Shown one piece after another: positions 7,146 through 16,877 of a stretch of DNA of 64,000 nucleotides. Position 1 is the stretch's first letter. Every line of letters starts with the position of its first letter. Origin of the DNA: a bacterium (lineage in GTDB: Bacteria; Patescibacteriota; Minisyncoccia; Phycocordibacterales; Phycocordibacteraceae); NCBI GenBank assembly GCA_037200965.1, contig JBBCGK010000001.1, forward strand, positions 576,001 to 640,000, in the 5' to 3' direction. Made by a program: the position numbers and the translations under genes. The notes beneath the pieces are model-generated. The model had not been told where the DNA came from and did no database searches. It saw nothing but the letters and a program-made list of their open reading frames with translations.

Positions 7146-10139
7146 TCACGCCTCGATGATACGTTCCTGTCCGGAATGTCTCATGAGCGCGGGATCGATG
7201 TCGTGCAAGAAGTTCGACGGCTCGGTGATAAAGTCGGCGCCGTAGATGCGGCGGATGCGTGCGAGCGTAAGCACGAGGCGTTTTTTCGCGCGCGTCATCG
7301 CGACATAGAAGAGGCGCCGCTCCTCTTCGTCGTCGTCTTCCTCGTTGCGCTCGTGCGGGAACAACCCTTCTTCAAGTCCGCTTACGAACACCAGATCGAA
7401 CTCGAGTCCTTTCGCCGCGTGCACCGTCATGAGCGTAACGCCCGTCTTCCCTTCAACGCGGTCGAGCTCGTCCTGGTCTCCCGCAAGAGCCGCGTCCGCA
7501 AGGAACGCCGCGATGCCTCCCCGCCCCGGAGTATCGTCGTAGCGCGTCGCCAGAGTAGCGAGCTCCTGGATGTTCTCGAAGCGTTCCTTCTCTTCTTCGT
7601 TTCCGTGCTCGAGTTCGGCCTTAAGCCCGCTCTTCTCGACGACGAGCCGCACGAACTCCGAAGGTGCCGCGCTTTCGGCGCTTCGCGAAAGTTCCCCGAC
7701 TATCGCTTCGAACGCCGCGACTTTCGCCTTCTCGCCCGCCCGGAGCTCGTCGCGCTTTCCTGCCGAAAGTTTCCCGAGCGTCGTCTTGCCGATGCCGCGC
7801 GTTGGCGCCTGCACCGCGCGCATCCGGTCCGCTTCGCGCGAGGGTTCAAGCGAAAGACGCACCCACGCGAGTACGTCTTTCACCTCCTTGCGGTCGTAGA
7901 ACCTCGTACCTAAGAGCTTGTACGAAATCCCTTCGGCAAGGAACGCCTCCTCGAGCGCGCGGGACTGGAAGTTAGTGCGAAACAGAACCGCGATTTCTTC
8001 CGGTGCCGTGCCGTTTCGTATCACGCGTCCCGTCTCGTGCGCGATCCAACGCGCTTCGTCTTCCGCGTTGTCCGCGACGTGGAGCGTGATCGGATCGCCA
8101 GGTGCGTTTTCCGTAACCGAGCGCTTTTCTTTCCGGCGCCGGTTTTTTTCGATCACGGCGTTCGCCGCGGAAACGATCGTCGCCGTCGATCGGTAGTTAT
8201 GCTCGAGCATGATGGTTTTCGCGCTCGGGTAGGTTTCGTCAAACGCGAGCAGGTTGTCTATCGTCGCGCCGCGCCAGCTATAGATGCAATTGTGCGTCGC
8301 GATGCCATTCGCGACGAAATTGTGTGTGCCTTCAATGTCGATGTCGTATACCCGCACTTTCCTTGCGGGGACGCGTTCAACCTTATCTACAAGGTCGTAT
8401 CCTCCCTCGGAATCAAAGACCGCCATGCCCGGCCGTACGCTTGCGGCGGGAAGGAGCGGAAGCGAATTCCCGTCCCTGAGCCTCGCCTTTTTCCCGCCAA
8501 GCCGTGCCGCACGCACGATGCTCGCGCTTGGAAACGCGACGCGAAGGCGTTCGACGCTTTCAAGCAGTGCCCCGTAACTCTTATGGGCGGATTCGAATCG
8601 CCAGCTGGCAGATCCTTTCTTTGCCGGACGCACGGAGAATCCGGCCTTTCGTAAAAGGATGCTGCCTTCCTCGTCGCTACCCACCACCGATATCCTGTGC
8701 ATTGTTGTTTCCCCGCGCCGGTCGCCGCACAACGTTATGTTGATGTTTCGCCGGTCGCTCCGGGTCGCCTGCGCGCGGTGGTGCGGATGCGCAGGAGAAA
8801 GGAAGAGGTCGTCCATAAGTTTCTTCGCACCGGACTCAGTATCGAAAGAAGCGAAGACGGAATCGATCGTTCCTTGATCATGAACGTATCCTCCGGTGCC
8901 GCTCCCCTTGCGCGCGACAAACGGGAGCGTCGGGATACCATATGAAAGGGACAGCTTGTATTCCATCACCCGTGCTGCCCGGGAAGTATCGTGTGTCCCG
9001 AGAACCCACACCGCGTCTCCGTGCTCCTGGTTGCAGCGCTGCTGGAATCCGGCCATAGCCAGGCGCTGTCCGTTCGTATAGGCGCGCGAAACGCCGAGCC
9101 GCCAGCCGACACCGTTTTTTGCCATGAGATACGTAAAATAAAGTTGCGGCATGAGTCCGAGCCGATATCCGGCGAAATGCACGTGTTCTGGCGTGCTCGT
9201 GAGGATCCGTCCCGCGGCCGTGGTTATGCGCACCAATGTGCCAGAGTGCGTCCGCTGCTTAGCGCGAATAACGCGCGCGGCGCGCGTATCGCCGCTTCCG
9301 TAGTTCGACCGAACCTCGTCGCCTATTCGTATCTTCTCGATGTTCCTTTCGGAACCGTCGGCCATTGCCACTTTCGTCCCGGCGACAAGGCATTGATCGA
9401 TATCTCCGACCACAAATACGTTCCCGTGCCGCCTGGAAAGCATGCCGACGAGCGTTCCTTGAAGCGCGTTCGTATCCTGAAACTCGTCAATGTGGAGATA
9501 GTCCCAGCGCTCCTGCGCGAGCGCACGTACGTCCTCATGCTCGCGCAGGAGCCGTACCGGAAGCGAGATGAGATCGTCGAAGTCGAGCGCTTTCTCTTCC
9601 CTCAGCGTTTTCTCATAGCGCAGCCACGCTTCGGCGACGATACGCCCCCCGAAGCTTTTGCGGCCATGCTCGGCATAGAAGCTCTCCGCGGTTTCTCCCG
9701 CTCCCTTGGCCTTCGATATGCGCGACAACACCGCTCTTGGCGAAAGTTCCTTCGTGTCGACATCAAGTTCCTTGAGAGCCTTGCCGATCGCTTTCTGGGA
9801 GTCGTCCCGGTCGAAGATGGTGAAGTGCCTCGGCACGCCGATCTTTGCGCCGTACGACTCGAGAAGCTCGCGGCCGAGCCCGTGGAATGTGGCGATGAAA
9901 GGCGGCCGGCCGCCGTGAAGAAGCCTTGAAAGCCGCTCGCGCATCTCGCGCGCGGCTTTGTTGGTAAAGGTGACGGCGAGGATCTTCTCGGCGGGCACCC
10001 CCTCCTTTATAAGGTGGTAAATCCGGGTGGTAAGCACCTTCGTTTTCCCCGATCCTGCCCCGGCAAGCACCGATACCGGGCCGGCGGTCGCGAGAACCGC
10101 CGCTTTTTGGGCGTCATTAAGGTCTTCGAGGTGGTTCAC
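7146..10139 (-). CDS. UvrD/PcrA-family ATP-dependent DNA helicase, intein-containing
   Basis: Walker A AGAGSGKTKVL and DEFQDT are present. Helicase motif III (VGDIDQ / CIYSWRGA) is split by a 368-aa insertion. C-terminal helicase motifs are intact. Confidence 0.85.
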   Translation of the reverse strand: MNHLEDLNDAQKAAVLATAGPVSVLAGAGSGKTKVLTTRIYHLIKEGVPAEKILAVTFTNKAAREMRERLSRLLHGGRPPFIATFHGLGRELLESYGAKIGVPRHFTIFDRDDSQKAIGKALKELDVDTKELSPRAVLSRISKAKGAGETAESFYAEHGRKSFGGRIVAEAWLRYEKTLREEKALDFDDLISLPVRLLREHEDVRALAQERWDYLHIDEFQDTNALQGTLVGMLSRRHGNVFVVGDIDQCLVAGTKVAMADGSERNIEKIRIGDEVRSNYGSGDTRAARVIRAKQRTHSGTLVRITTAAGRILTSTPEHVHFAGYRLGLMPQLYFTYLMAKNGVGWRLGVSRAYTNGQRLAMAGFQQRCNQEHGDAVWVLGTHDTSRAARVMEYKLSLSYGIPTLPFVARKGSGTGGYVHDQGTIDSVFASFDTESGAKKLMDDLFLSPAHPHHRAQATRSDRRNINITLCGDRRGETTMHRISVVGSDEEGSILLRKAGFSVRPAKKGSASWRFESAHKSYGALLESVERLRVAFPSASIVRAARLGGKKARLRDGNSLPLLPAASVRPGMAVFDSEGGYDLVDKVERVPARKVRVYDIDIEGTHNFVANGIATHNCIYSWRGATIDNLLAFDETYPSAKTIMLEHNYRSTATIVSAANAVIEKNRRRKEKRSVTENAPGDPITLHVADNAEDEARWIAHETGRVIRNGTAPEEIAVLFRTNFQSRALEEAFLAEGISYKLLGTRFYDRKEVKDVLAWVRLSLEPSREADRMRAVQAPTRGIGKTTLGKLSAGKRDELRAGEKAKVAAFEAIVGELSRSAESAAPSEFVRLVVEKSGLKAELEHGNEEEKERFENIQELATLATRYDDTPGRGGIAAFLADAALAGDQDELDRVEGKTGVTLMTVHAAKGLEFDLVFVSGLEEGLFPHERNEEDDDEEERRLFYVAMTRAKKRLVLTLARIRRIYGADFITEPSNFLHDIDPALMRHSGQERIIEA
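8289..9392 (-). other. intein (368 aa) inserted in helicase motif III; Cys1 (CLVAGTKV), terminal HN, +1 Cys
   Basis: N-terminal splicing block CLVAGTKVAMADG...IGDEV and C-terminal block VYDIDIEGTHNFVANGIATHN followed by the extein CIYSWRGA. No LAGLIDADG or HNH motif is recognisable in the central region. Confidence 0.7.
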
Positions 10140-10500
10140 CGGTCAAATATACCCCACATTCCCCTATCCCCAGCTTCACCAAGCCTTCATTGACAGGGGT
10201 TTTTGCCCGGGTAAGATAGCTGAATCGACTGACCCGGAAGAACTCAAGAAATGGCCCATATAAGCCGTTTTTGTACTTGGGAGCACGCCTGAACAACCTT
10301 TAAACCGTATCTTCTCGAACAAGAATCTTCCTGATTCCAAAGGGCGCAAAGGTGCACCTCAGGACGCATATCGGCTGATCCACCCCGCAACCGCGGCGTG
10401 CCTCGCCCTCTGTCTTCTTTTTCTCCTGGCCCCGGGCCTTGCGAAGGCTTTTTCGCTTTCCGGGCTCTTCGGAAGCCCTGCCCAGGGTGCTTCGGGGGTA

Positions 10501-11439
10501 ATGACCGTCGTTCCCGACCCGGGCCTCGCCCTTCTTGCTTCCCCGACCAATTCCGACCCGAATGCCGGAAGCGCTCCGGACGCCCCCGACACCACCGGGG
10601 GCGCTGCGCTTGTCGCCCATACCGGGCCTGCGGGCACCATCGCCGATATCGTCGAAATGCCCGCAAACGACCAAATTTCTACATATGTCGTTCGTTCGGG
10701 CGACTCGATTTCCGATATTGCCCAGATGTTCGATGTTTCCGTAAATACCATCATTTGGGCCAATAACCTGAAGAGCGCCAAGGATATTCATGTGGGACAG
10801 ACGCTCGTCATTCTTCCGGTCTCGGGCCTCAAGTACACGGTCGTTAAGGGCGATACGCTTGCGGGGGTCGCGAAGAAATACGGAGCGGACGCGGAAGAAA
10901 TAGCGCAGTTCAGCGGTCTTGAGGGTGCCGCGCCGCTTGTTGCCGGGCAAGTACTCATTATTCCGGGAGGCGAGCTTGCGGCTGCGGCTCCTGCGAAGAA
11001 AACCAGTACGTCGAAAACTCCTGCGAACCCGCTTCGCGGCGCGAGCGGTCCTTCCATCCCCGGCTACTACGGAAACCCTCTTCCGGGCGCCATTCTTACG
11101 CAGGGCCTTCACGGCAACAACGGCGTCGACCTCGGAAAGCCTTCGGGAGCACCTATCCTTGCGGCGGCGGCGGGTACCGTCATCGTCTCGAAAGCCGACG
11201 GCGCGTGGAACGGCGGATATGGAAGCTACGTGGTTATAAGCCACGGCAACGGCACCCAGACGCTTTACGCGCACATGAGCCGCGACATCGCGACGGTCGG
11301 CGAGACGGTCGCGAAGGGCGACGTCATCGGCTACGTCGGCCGCACGGGCGAAGCCACCGGCCCGCACCTCCACTTCGAAGTCCGCGGCGCGAAGAATCCC
11401 ATTCCCGCTTCCTGCGCCGTCGGGAGGGCGTGCTGGTAA
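10501..11439 (+). CDS. LysM-domain M23 family peptidoglycan metalloendopeptidase
   Basis: Two LysM repeats (YVVRSGDSISDIAQMF, YTVVKGDTLAGVAKKYG) and an M23 core (HGNNGVD ... GPHLHFEV). The in-frame upstream sequence encodes a signal-peptide-like stretch without a canonical start, so the N-terminus is uncertain. Confidence 0.85.
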   Translation: MTVVPDPGLALLASPTNSDPNAGSAPDAPDTTGGAALVAHTGPAGTIADIVEMPANDQISTYVVRSGDSISDIAQMFDVSVNTIIWANNLKSAKDIHVGQTLVILPVSGLKYTVVKGDTLAGVAKKYGADAEEIAQFSGLEGAAPLVAGQVLIIPGGELAAAAPAKKTSTSKTPANPLRGASGPSIPGYYGNPLPGAILTQGLHGNNGVDLGKPSGAPILAAAAGTVIVSKADGAWNGGYGSYVVISHGNGTQTLYAHMSRDIATVGETVAKGDVIGYVGRTGEATGPHLHFEVRGAKNPIPASCAVGRACW

Positions 11440-11490
11440 CAATATTTCAATAACAAAAGCAATTACTGGTACAAACATAAGCTGCATCAG

Positions 11491-12451
11491 CTTAATATCG
11501 CACTAACATATCGAACACTCTTGCAGTCGAGCATACGGCGTCTTGAGCTCGATGCCAAGGTGCGGCCGTTCGTGGTTGTATTCGCGCAGAAAGGCCTGAT
11601 ACTGGGCATTGAGGTCCTCCATTGAAGCGGGCTTTTTCATGAAGCGCCAGAAGAACTCCTCCTCGTCGGTGCGGAATGACCGCTCGATGACCGCGTTCTC
11701 ATTCGGGTTCGCCTTGTGGATGAAATGATGCTTCCAGCCGAGTTCCCCAGTCACGAAGGCGCGGAAGCGGCTCTGGAACTCAAGGCCGTTGTCGGTCTGC
11801 ACGAAATCCGGTACGAACGGCAGCGAAACCGTCCGCAGGGCCTCGATGGAGAAGTCCTGCACGAGCTCGGGGAAGATGACGCCAGCTTTGTATCGGCTCC
11901 AAATATCAATGACGGCATACAGATACAGGGTATGCGGGAGCCCCGACAGCTCGGGCGTCACGTACTTCACATCCATCTGAAGCTTCCCGGGCGCGGTCAC
12001 GTTCTTGAGATACATATGCGTGGTCTCCTGATATCTCGGCCGTCGGTATGACGCGCCTTCCAGTATATGACCTTTCGCTTTGAGGAAGCGATGGATGGTC
12101 GCCGGGTGCTCGGAGAGGCCGAGCAGCACTTTGAGCTTGCGCGCCCCGTATCCTTTCTCTTCGCGCAGGCGCAAGAGCGCCTCAGCCCGCTCTCCCGAGA
12201 GCGTCCTGCGGCGAAGACGCTTCGGTCTTGTCGACTTGCGGACAAGCTGCCGCGTCGAGAGCGCAAACCGGCTCCGGATGCTCCGGGCTCGCTTCTTCCA
12301 GAACACCACCGTGCCCGGAGATATGCCGAGTGTCCGTGCGGTTTCGCGCACCTTTCCTCCCGACTTCTTCAATTTCCTGATGATTTCCCTGGGTTCTTTG
12401 CGCATATCCTCCTTAGTATTAGGGAGTGTTCGATATGCAGTGCGACCTTAA
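11491..12451. mobile_element. IS481-like insertion sequence (~961 bp) with ~30-bp imperfect terminal inverted repeats and a 7-bp direct repeat GCATCAG
   Basis: Left end CTTAATATCGCACTAACATATCGAACACTC. The right end reverse complement is CTTAAGGTCGCACTG-CATATCGAACACTC. A flanking GCATCAG lies at 11484-11490 and at 12452-12458. Confidence 0.75.
11503..12405 (-). CDS. DDE transposase, IS481/IS3 superfamily (N-terminal HTH, DDE integrase core)
   Basis: Motifs DVKYV, LYLYAVIDIWSR, QTDNGLEF and YNHERPHLG. Confidence 0.85.
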   Translation of the reverse strand: MRKEPREIIRKLKKSGGKVRETARTLGISPGTVVFWKKRARSIRSRFALSTRQLVRKSTRPKRLRRRTLSGERAEALLRLREEKGYGARKLKVLLGLSEHPATIHRFLKAKGHILEGASYRRPRYQETTHMYLKNVTAPGKLQMDVKYVTPELSGLPHTLYLYAVIDIWSRYKAGVIFPELVQDFSIEALRTVSLPFVPDFVQTDNGLEFQSRFRAFVTGELGWKHHFIHKANPNENAVIERSFRTDEEEFFWRFMKKPASMEDLNAQYQAFLREYNHERPHLGIELKTPYARLQECSIC

Positions 12452-12541
12452 GCATCAGTTGCGTTCGCGACGGTTTTTGATAGCATTCGCGGAATCGCCG
12501 TAGGTTTTGGATGCGGCGCAACGAGTAAGAGGGAGAATAAG

Positions 12542-12898
12542 ATGGGCGACAAATCGCCAGAGTACCTTCCGTACGAAGAATTCCACGCGTGTCTCAAAAG
12601 ACGCCTGCCCAGGCTAAATCCCGGGAACAGGGACGACATGCAATTTCTGAGTGCCGCCGCCGTCTTGCGCAACTGCATCGCAGAAGAACATCGGCTTGCC
12701 GTGCTTGAGGACATCAGCGCGGGTCTTGCTGTGCTTCACGGCAACGAACATCCGGACGCCGAGCGAATGCGGAAGCTCCTGGAAACGCTGCGCCGGGGCG
12801 TCTACTTCACCGGGTATCCGTCGGAGGAATCTGCAAGCAAGACTCCTCCGCTTCCGCGGGGCGGAGTTATCAATGGCGACTGCACGCAATCCATGTGA
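12542..12898 (+). CDS. hypothetical protein
   Basis: 118-aa ORF with the SD-like AGAGGGAG upstream. No recognisable motif. Confidence 0.4.
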   Translation: MGDKSPEYLPYEEFHACLKRRLPRLNPGNRDDMQFLSAAAVLRNCIAEEHRLAVLEDISAGLAVLHGNEHPDAERMRKLLETLRRGVYFTGYPSEESASKTPPLPRGGVINGDCTQSM

Positions 12899-12984
12899 CG
12901 GATTCGGCACACTTGCAGGCGGCGGGGGATCGTTTCCTCCCCCGCCTGTTTTCTTTTGTACAGATTGGTTAAACTGAAAGTTGT

Positions 12985-13788
12985 ATGCGGAAGCCAGCGA
13001 CTCCTCTCACCGAACGCATCATCGATGCGCTATCAAACGGTCCGCGCGGGAAAGTGGAACTGCGCAACCGGGTCGTCGGCAAGGATTTTACCTACCAAGG
13101 CTTCTATAAAGCACTCGCCTCGCTCCGCGCCGCGGAAATAGTTACCCTCCATCGTGACACGGTAAGCCTTTCCGTCGTCTGGCTCGAGCGGGAGCGGGAG
13201 CGTATCGCGAAGAGTGCGGACGCATATCATCTCTCCGGATATCAGAGTTATTTCGGCGGGTTGAAGAATGGCAAGAAACTCTCTTTTAAATTCAAGACGC
13301 TCCGTGAACTCGACCTCTTCTGGACGCAGGCGGTGCTTATCGCGATGCAGGGCGCCGGTCGCGGCGTTCCCATCATTTCCTTCATCCCCCACGACTGGTT
13401 TTACCTTCTTCGGCCCTCGACCGCCGACGTATGGTTCAAACTGCTTGGCAAGGAGAATCCGCATGTGAACATCCTCACGCACGCGACTCGGGAAGAAAAG
13501 AAACTGAGCGAGCATCCTCGCGTTGCCCGCATCGAAAATATGTTCGGCGAGAACCCGCTCCGGCAGAAGGAATCCGCGTATATGAATGTTATCGGCGATC
13601 TGGTGATCGAAGCTGCCCTTGATGAGGCAGTCGTACCCGGGATTCGACGGGCGGTCCGCGGTGAGGCGGTCGACATCGACAAACTCACGGCTCAAAAAGG
13701 TGTTTTCAAGCTTTCTATCCGGCGCGATTCTGCCAAGGCTTCTGTCTTTACGAAGAAAGCCCAAAAGTACTTCAGCATATCTCTGTAA
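12985..13788 (+). CDS. uncharacterised winged-helix regulator-like protein, paralog family X (1 of 3)
   Basis: 267 aa with an N-terminal wHTH-like region. It shows clear similarity to 26571..27374 and 62739..63554 (IPHDWFYL / NPHDFWAY / NPHNWSS, and the C-terminal blocks). Confidence 0.55.
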   Translation: MRKPATPLTERIIDALSNGPRGKVELRNRVVGKDFTYQGFYKALASLRAAEIVTLHRDTVSLSVVWLERERERIAKSADAYHLSGYQSYFGGLKNGKKLSFKFKTLRELDLFWTQAVLIAMQGAGRGVPIISFIPHDWFYLLRPSTADVWFKLLGKENPHVNILTHATREEKKLSEHPRVARIENMFGENPLRQKESAYMNVIGDLVIEAALDEAVVPGIRRAVRGEAVDIDKLTAQKGVFKLSIRRDSAKASVFTKKAQKYFSISL

Positions 13789-13799
13789 ACAACCGGAAG

Positions 13800-14141
13800 T
13801 TGAAAGTATCGACAAATCCGGGAAGTTATTTGCCGATCCTGTTCCGAGGGCTATCTTTCGTGAAGTTACGTGCGATAGAGGAGATGCGCATGATGTGTTC
13901 TGTATGGCCCTACATAATTACTGTCGCGTTCCTTGGAGCAGGGGCTTTTTTGTTCTTGAGTCCGGAATTGAATAGGTACACGGCTCACCGAAGGACGGAA
14001 CTTGGTCTTCCTCCCCTGCCCGCTACTTTCGGTCAAGTCTTCGTACATGGTCTGTGGGCCGCCTTCATGATGTCCCTTATGAGCGGTTTCGTGGCGTATT
14101 TGGTCTATATCACCGTTCACGCTTCCGCGGCCTGCCGCTAG
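13800..14141 (+). CDS. small membrane protein (2 TM), hypothetical
   Basis: Hydrophobic ORF followed by the hairpin 14153..14181. The start is uncertain. Confidence 0.3.
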   Translation: MKVSTNPGSYLPILFRGLSFVKLRAIEEMRMMCSVWPYIITVAFLGAGAFLFLSPELNRYTAHRRTELGLPPLPATFGQVFVHGLWAAFMMSLMSGFVAYLVYITVHASAACR

Positions 14142-14152
14142 GCCAGCCAACC

Positions 14153-14181
14153 CGCCCGGTTTCCGACGAGGAAACCGGGCG
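14153..14181 (+). terminator. GC hairpin (CGCCCGGTTTC / GAAACCGGGCG)
   Basis: Perfect 11-bp stem immediately downstream of 13800..14141. Confidence 0.4.
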
Positions 14182-14276
14182 AACTATTATCAGCACATGC
14201 AACTTTTAGTTGTTTATATCCATACATACCTTCATTTCCTTCGCTTTTATACTTTATTAATCCTAGGCTAGCGGGC

Positions 14277-15092
14277 ATGCGCAAAAGCGATCCGAATCCC
14301 TCTTTCGACTGGTGGGATGAACGCGTCACGAACGAAATATATCTTTCCACGAACCGTCCGGATTGGTGGCGGTTCTGCAAGGCTGTCGCTGGGCTGCTTG
14401 CTGACGGAGAGAATGTGCTTGATGTCGGAACGGGCGACGGCCATACCTTCTGGCAAATCATCTCGGTCGCCTCCGCGCTTCCTTCGTACCGGATAAATAG
14501 CCTGTTCCTGCTCGAACCGAACGAAAGCGGCCTTCGAAGGGCCATGCGCCGCTGCTCGCAATTGCCCGTGGAGCGCATAGTGCCGTACCGGAGTTCGTTT
14601 GCCGATTTCGCGGCCGCATGGGAGCGGAATCCTGAGAGGCTTGATGCGCCGAAGCAGTTCGATAAATTGTTCGCGGGACATGTCAATTACTACCTCGCGG
14701 GCACCCCGAATAACGAAAGTTCGTACCGCGCCGCGCTCGACGCCATGGCCGCTATGGCGGAGACGCTCGTCATCGTTACCGCCCCGCGGGACGGCGACTA
14801 CTACAAAATGGTCCCGAACCCGTTTGGAGAGTATGTGTACAGCGATGTCGTAGCCGAGCACTACCGATCCAGGGGTCTGCGGGTCGAGGTAACGGAGATG
14901 CCCATGCGTTTTTATATTGATCATGTAAATCAGAGCAGGCATGAAGCCGCCGTGCTGTGGCAGTTCTTCAGCAATACCGAGCGGAAGCCGAGTGAAGCTG
15001 AACTTGAAGAGTTTGTAGCGAATGCAAATAAGACCAAGGATAGGAACGGGGATATAAATTTTAAGGACCAAATTCTAGTTATAAATACGTAA
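14277..15092 (+). CDS. class I SAM-dependent methyltransferase
   Basis: SAM-binding motif VLDVGTGDGHTF. Confidence 0.65.
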   Translation: MRKSDPNPSFDWWDERVTNEIYLSTNRPDWWRFCKAVAGLLADGENVLDVGTGDGHTFWQIISVASALPSYRINSLFLLEPNESGLRRAMRRCSQLPVERIVPYRSSFADFAAAWERNPERLDAPKQFDKLFAGHVNYYLAGTPNNESSYRAALDAMAAMAETLVIVTAPRDGDYYKMVPNPFGEYVYSDVVAEHYRSRGLRVEVTEMPMRFYIDHVNQSRHEAAVLWQFFSNTERKPSEAELEEFVANANKTKDRNGDINFKDQILVINT

Positions 15093-15128
15093 GCAGGAGA
15101 CGAGAAGTTTGGTGAACAAATCGCAAAG

Positions 15129-15875
15129 TTAAAGACCGTCCCACAAAACGTCAAAAGCGTCTTTCAGATACTTCACGATCGCCTGATTCTCGATCATCAC
15201 TCCCACGTTGTCCTTGTACGAGAAGAAATACGCGCGGTTGCCCACAAAATAGATTCCCGCTTCCTGCTCGTCGATGTCGAGCCGTTTAACGTTTCGCCCG
15301 AGCGCGGTCTGCTCATCCCTGATGCCGAAGTTGTCCGGCGCGTCCGCGATGAGGAGGTTGGTCGTGACTCCGTACGAGTGCCGACGCTCGATAAATCCGC
15401 GGATGTATTCTTCGAGTCCGCCATCGAAGCGATTGATGCCGAACCCGCGGAAGCTTTTGGCTTTGGTGCCTTTGTGCTGCGTAAGAATATTCTCGAACAG
15501 TCTCTTCAGTCCCTCTTGCCCTTCGTAGTACTGCACGACCGGGAATGCGCCTCCGCGCTTGTTCTCCGCAAGAAGCTTCGGCAGCTCCCGCTCGAGCGTC
15601 TTTTTCTGCTTTTCAAGTTCGTCTTTCCTTTCGGCGACCAGCCGCAAGAGCTCGTTCGGGTCGGCATAGAATTGCCGGACGCCCCGCTTGTCGCTCTGGT
15701 CGATAAATCGCTTCTTGACCAGATCGGCGAGGAGCGAATAGACCGTCTGCCGCGGCAGTCCTGTTTCTTTCGCAACTTTAGCGGCGCCCGCAAGCCCGAT
15801 TCGTAGTAGAGCGAGGTACACACACGTTTCTTTTTCGGACAGGCCGAGTTTTTGTAGGATTTGTTCCACACCCAT
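15129..15875 (-). CDS. TrmB-family transcriptional regulator
   Basis: N-terminal LGLSEKETCVYLALLRIG...ETGLPRQTVYSLLADLVKKRFI. Confidence 0.8.
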   Translation of the reverse strand: MGVEQILQKLGLSEKETCVYLALLRIGLAGAAKVAKETGLPRQTVYSLLADLVKKRFIDQSDKRGVRQFYADPNELLRLVAERKDELEKQKKTLERELPKLLAENKRGGAFPVVQYYEGQEGLKRLFENILTQHKGTKAKSFRGFGINRFDGGLEEYIRGFIERRHSYGVTTNLLIADAPDNFGIRDEQTALGRNVKRLDIDEQEAGIYFVGNRAYFFSYKDNVGVMIENQAIVKYLKDAFDVLWDGL

Positions 15876-16037
15876 ACCTATAGCTTATTGCTGACGAGAA
15901 CTTTCGTCAATTCTTTTAAAAGAAGGCGGACAGTAAGCAATTCTGTACACGACTTGTCATACAAGTCTTGATTATTACTAAAACATCAGCAAAGTAGGGC
16001 GCAGGAACCTGTACGGTGTAAGAAGGAGCAACTGAAG

Positions 16038-16439
16038 ATGAACTACGATGTTTATGGAGACCTGAAAGACAGATTGCGGTTTAGGAGTGGAGTTCGCTTC
16101 GCCCTTAGGATGGTCGGCGGCAGAATTCCTTCAAATTTCACTCTTACCAAACACGGCGCTTCCTGGGAATACATCACGCAGCCCTTAGAGGTCATCGTGC
16201 TTTACGAGGACAAGCCGGAGCCGCGCGTGACTGTCGATTATTCCAGAAACAATCCATTCTTTTCCGCCGTTTTCTGTTGGCCGGAAGAAGGGCGAGAATC
16301 GGACAATGACAGGATGCCATCCAGCGCCCGTCGCCTATGCCGGGTTTTGCTCCGCCGGGCGCGGAGAATGTACTCCCGGCGTATGTTCTGGGCGAAAGTC
16401 CGCCGGGCTCTTTGGCTCGGCAAACCCTTGACGGATTGA
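16038..16439 (+). CDS. hypothetical protein
   Basis: 133-aa ORF with AAGGAG 8 nt upstream of the ATG. It is divergent from the TrmB gene. Confidence 0.4.
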   Translation: MNYDVYGDLKDRLRFRSGVRFALRMVGGRIPSNFTLTKHGASWEYITQPLEVIVLYEDKPEPRVTVDYSRNNPFFSAVFCWPEEGRESDNDRMPSSARRLCRVLLRRARRMYSRRMFWAKVRRALWLGKPLTD

Positions 16440-16499
16440 GAAGACAGGAAAAGCAGCGCGGTGTTTACACCGCGCTGTTCCTTTTCCGTCCCCCGGTTC

Positions 16500-16874
16500 T
16501 TATCCGTTCAAATGTGCCTTACAGGTCGCCGCAGCAGGGTCGGCGTTAAGGCGGTCTTCTTCAATCGGTTCGCCGGAAACGGTGCAGATGCCGTAGGTTC
16601 TCTTCTCAATGCGGTCGAGCGCGGCAAGCACTTCGTTATAGCGTATTTCAAGGTCGCTCAGAATCCCCGCGTTTTCCTCATATGCCTCCTTCTGGTCCGC
16701 AGCGTCTACGGGATCCGGTTCGGAGCCGGTCTCGGGAGGAACGGTTTCCCAGTCGCCCGAATTCCCGGGATTCCTGCGCCCAAGGCTTGCAAGCTCGCTT
16801 TCAAGCTTTGCCTTCTCTTCCGCAAGCCTCGCTTTGTATGTATTGGTGTCGGTCATATCGGCCGATTCTAGCAC
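16500..16874 (-). CDS. DksA/TraR-family protein (degenerate C-terminal zinc finger)
   Basis: Coiled-coil N-terminus and a C-terminal CTVSGEPIEEDRLNADPAAATC. Confidence 0.6.
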   Translation of the reverse strand: MLESADMTDTNTYKARLAEEKAKLESELASLGRRNPGNSGDWETVPPETGSEPDPVDAADQKEAYEENAGILSDLEIRYNEVLAALDRIEKRTYGICTVSGEPIEEDRLNADPAAATCKAHLNG

Positions 16875-16877
16875 GGC

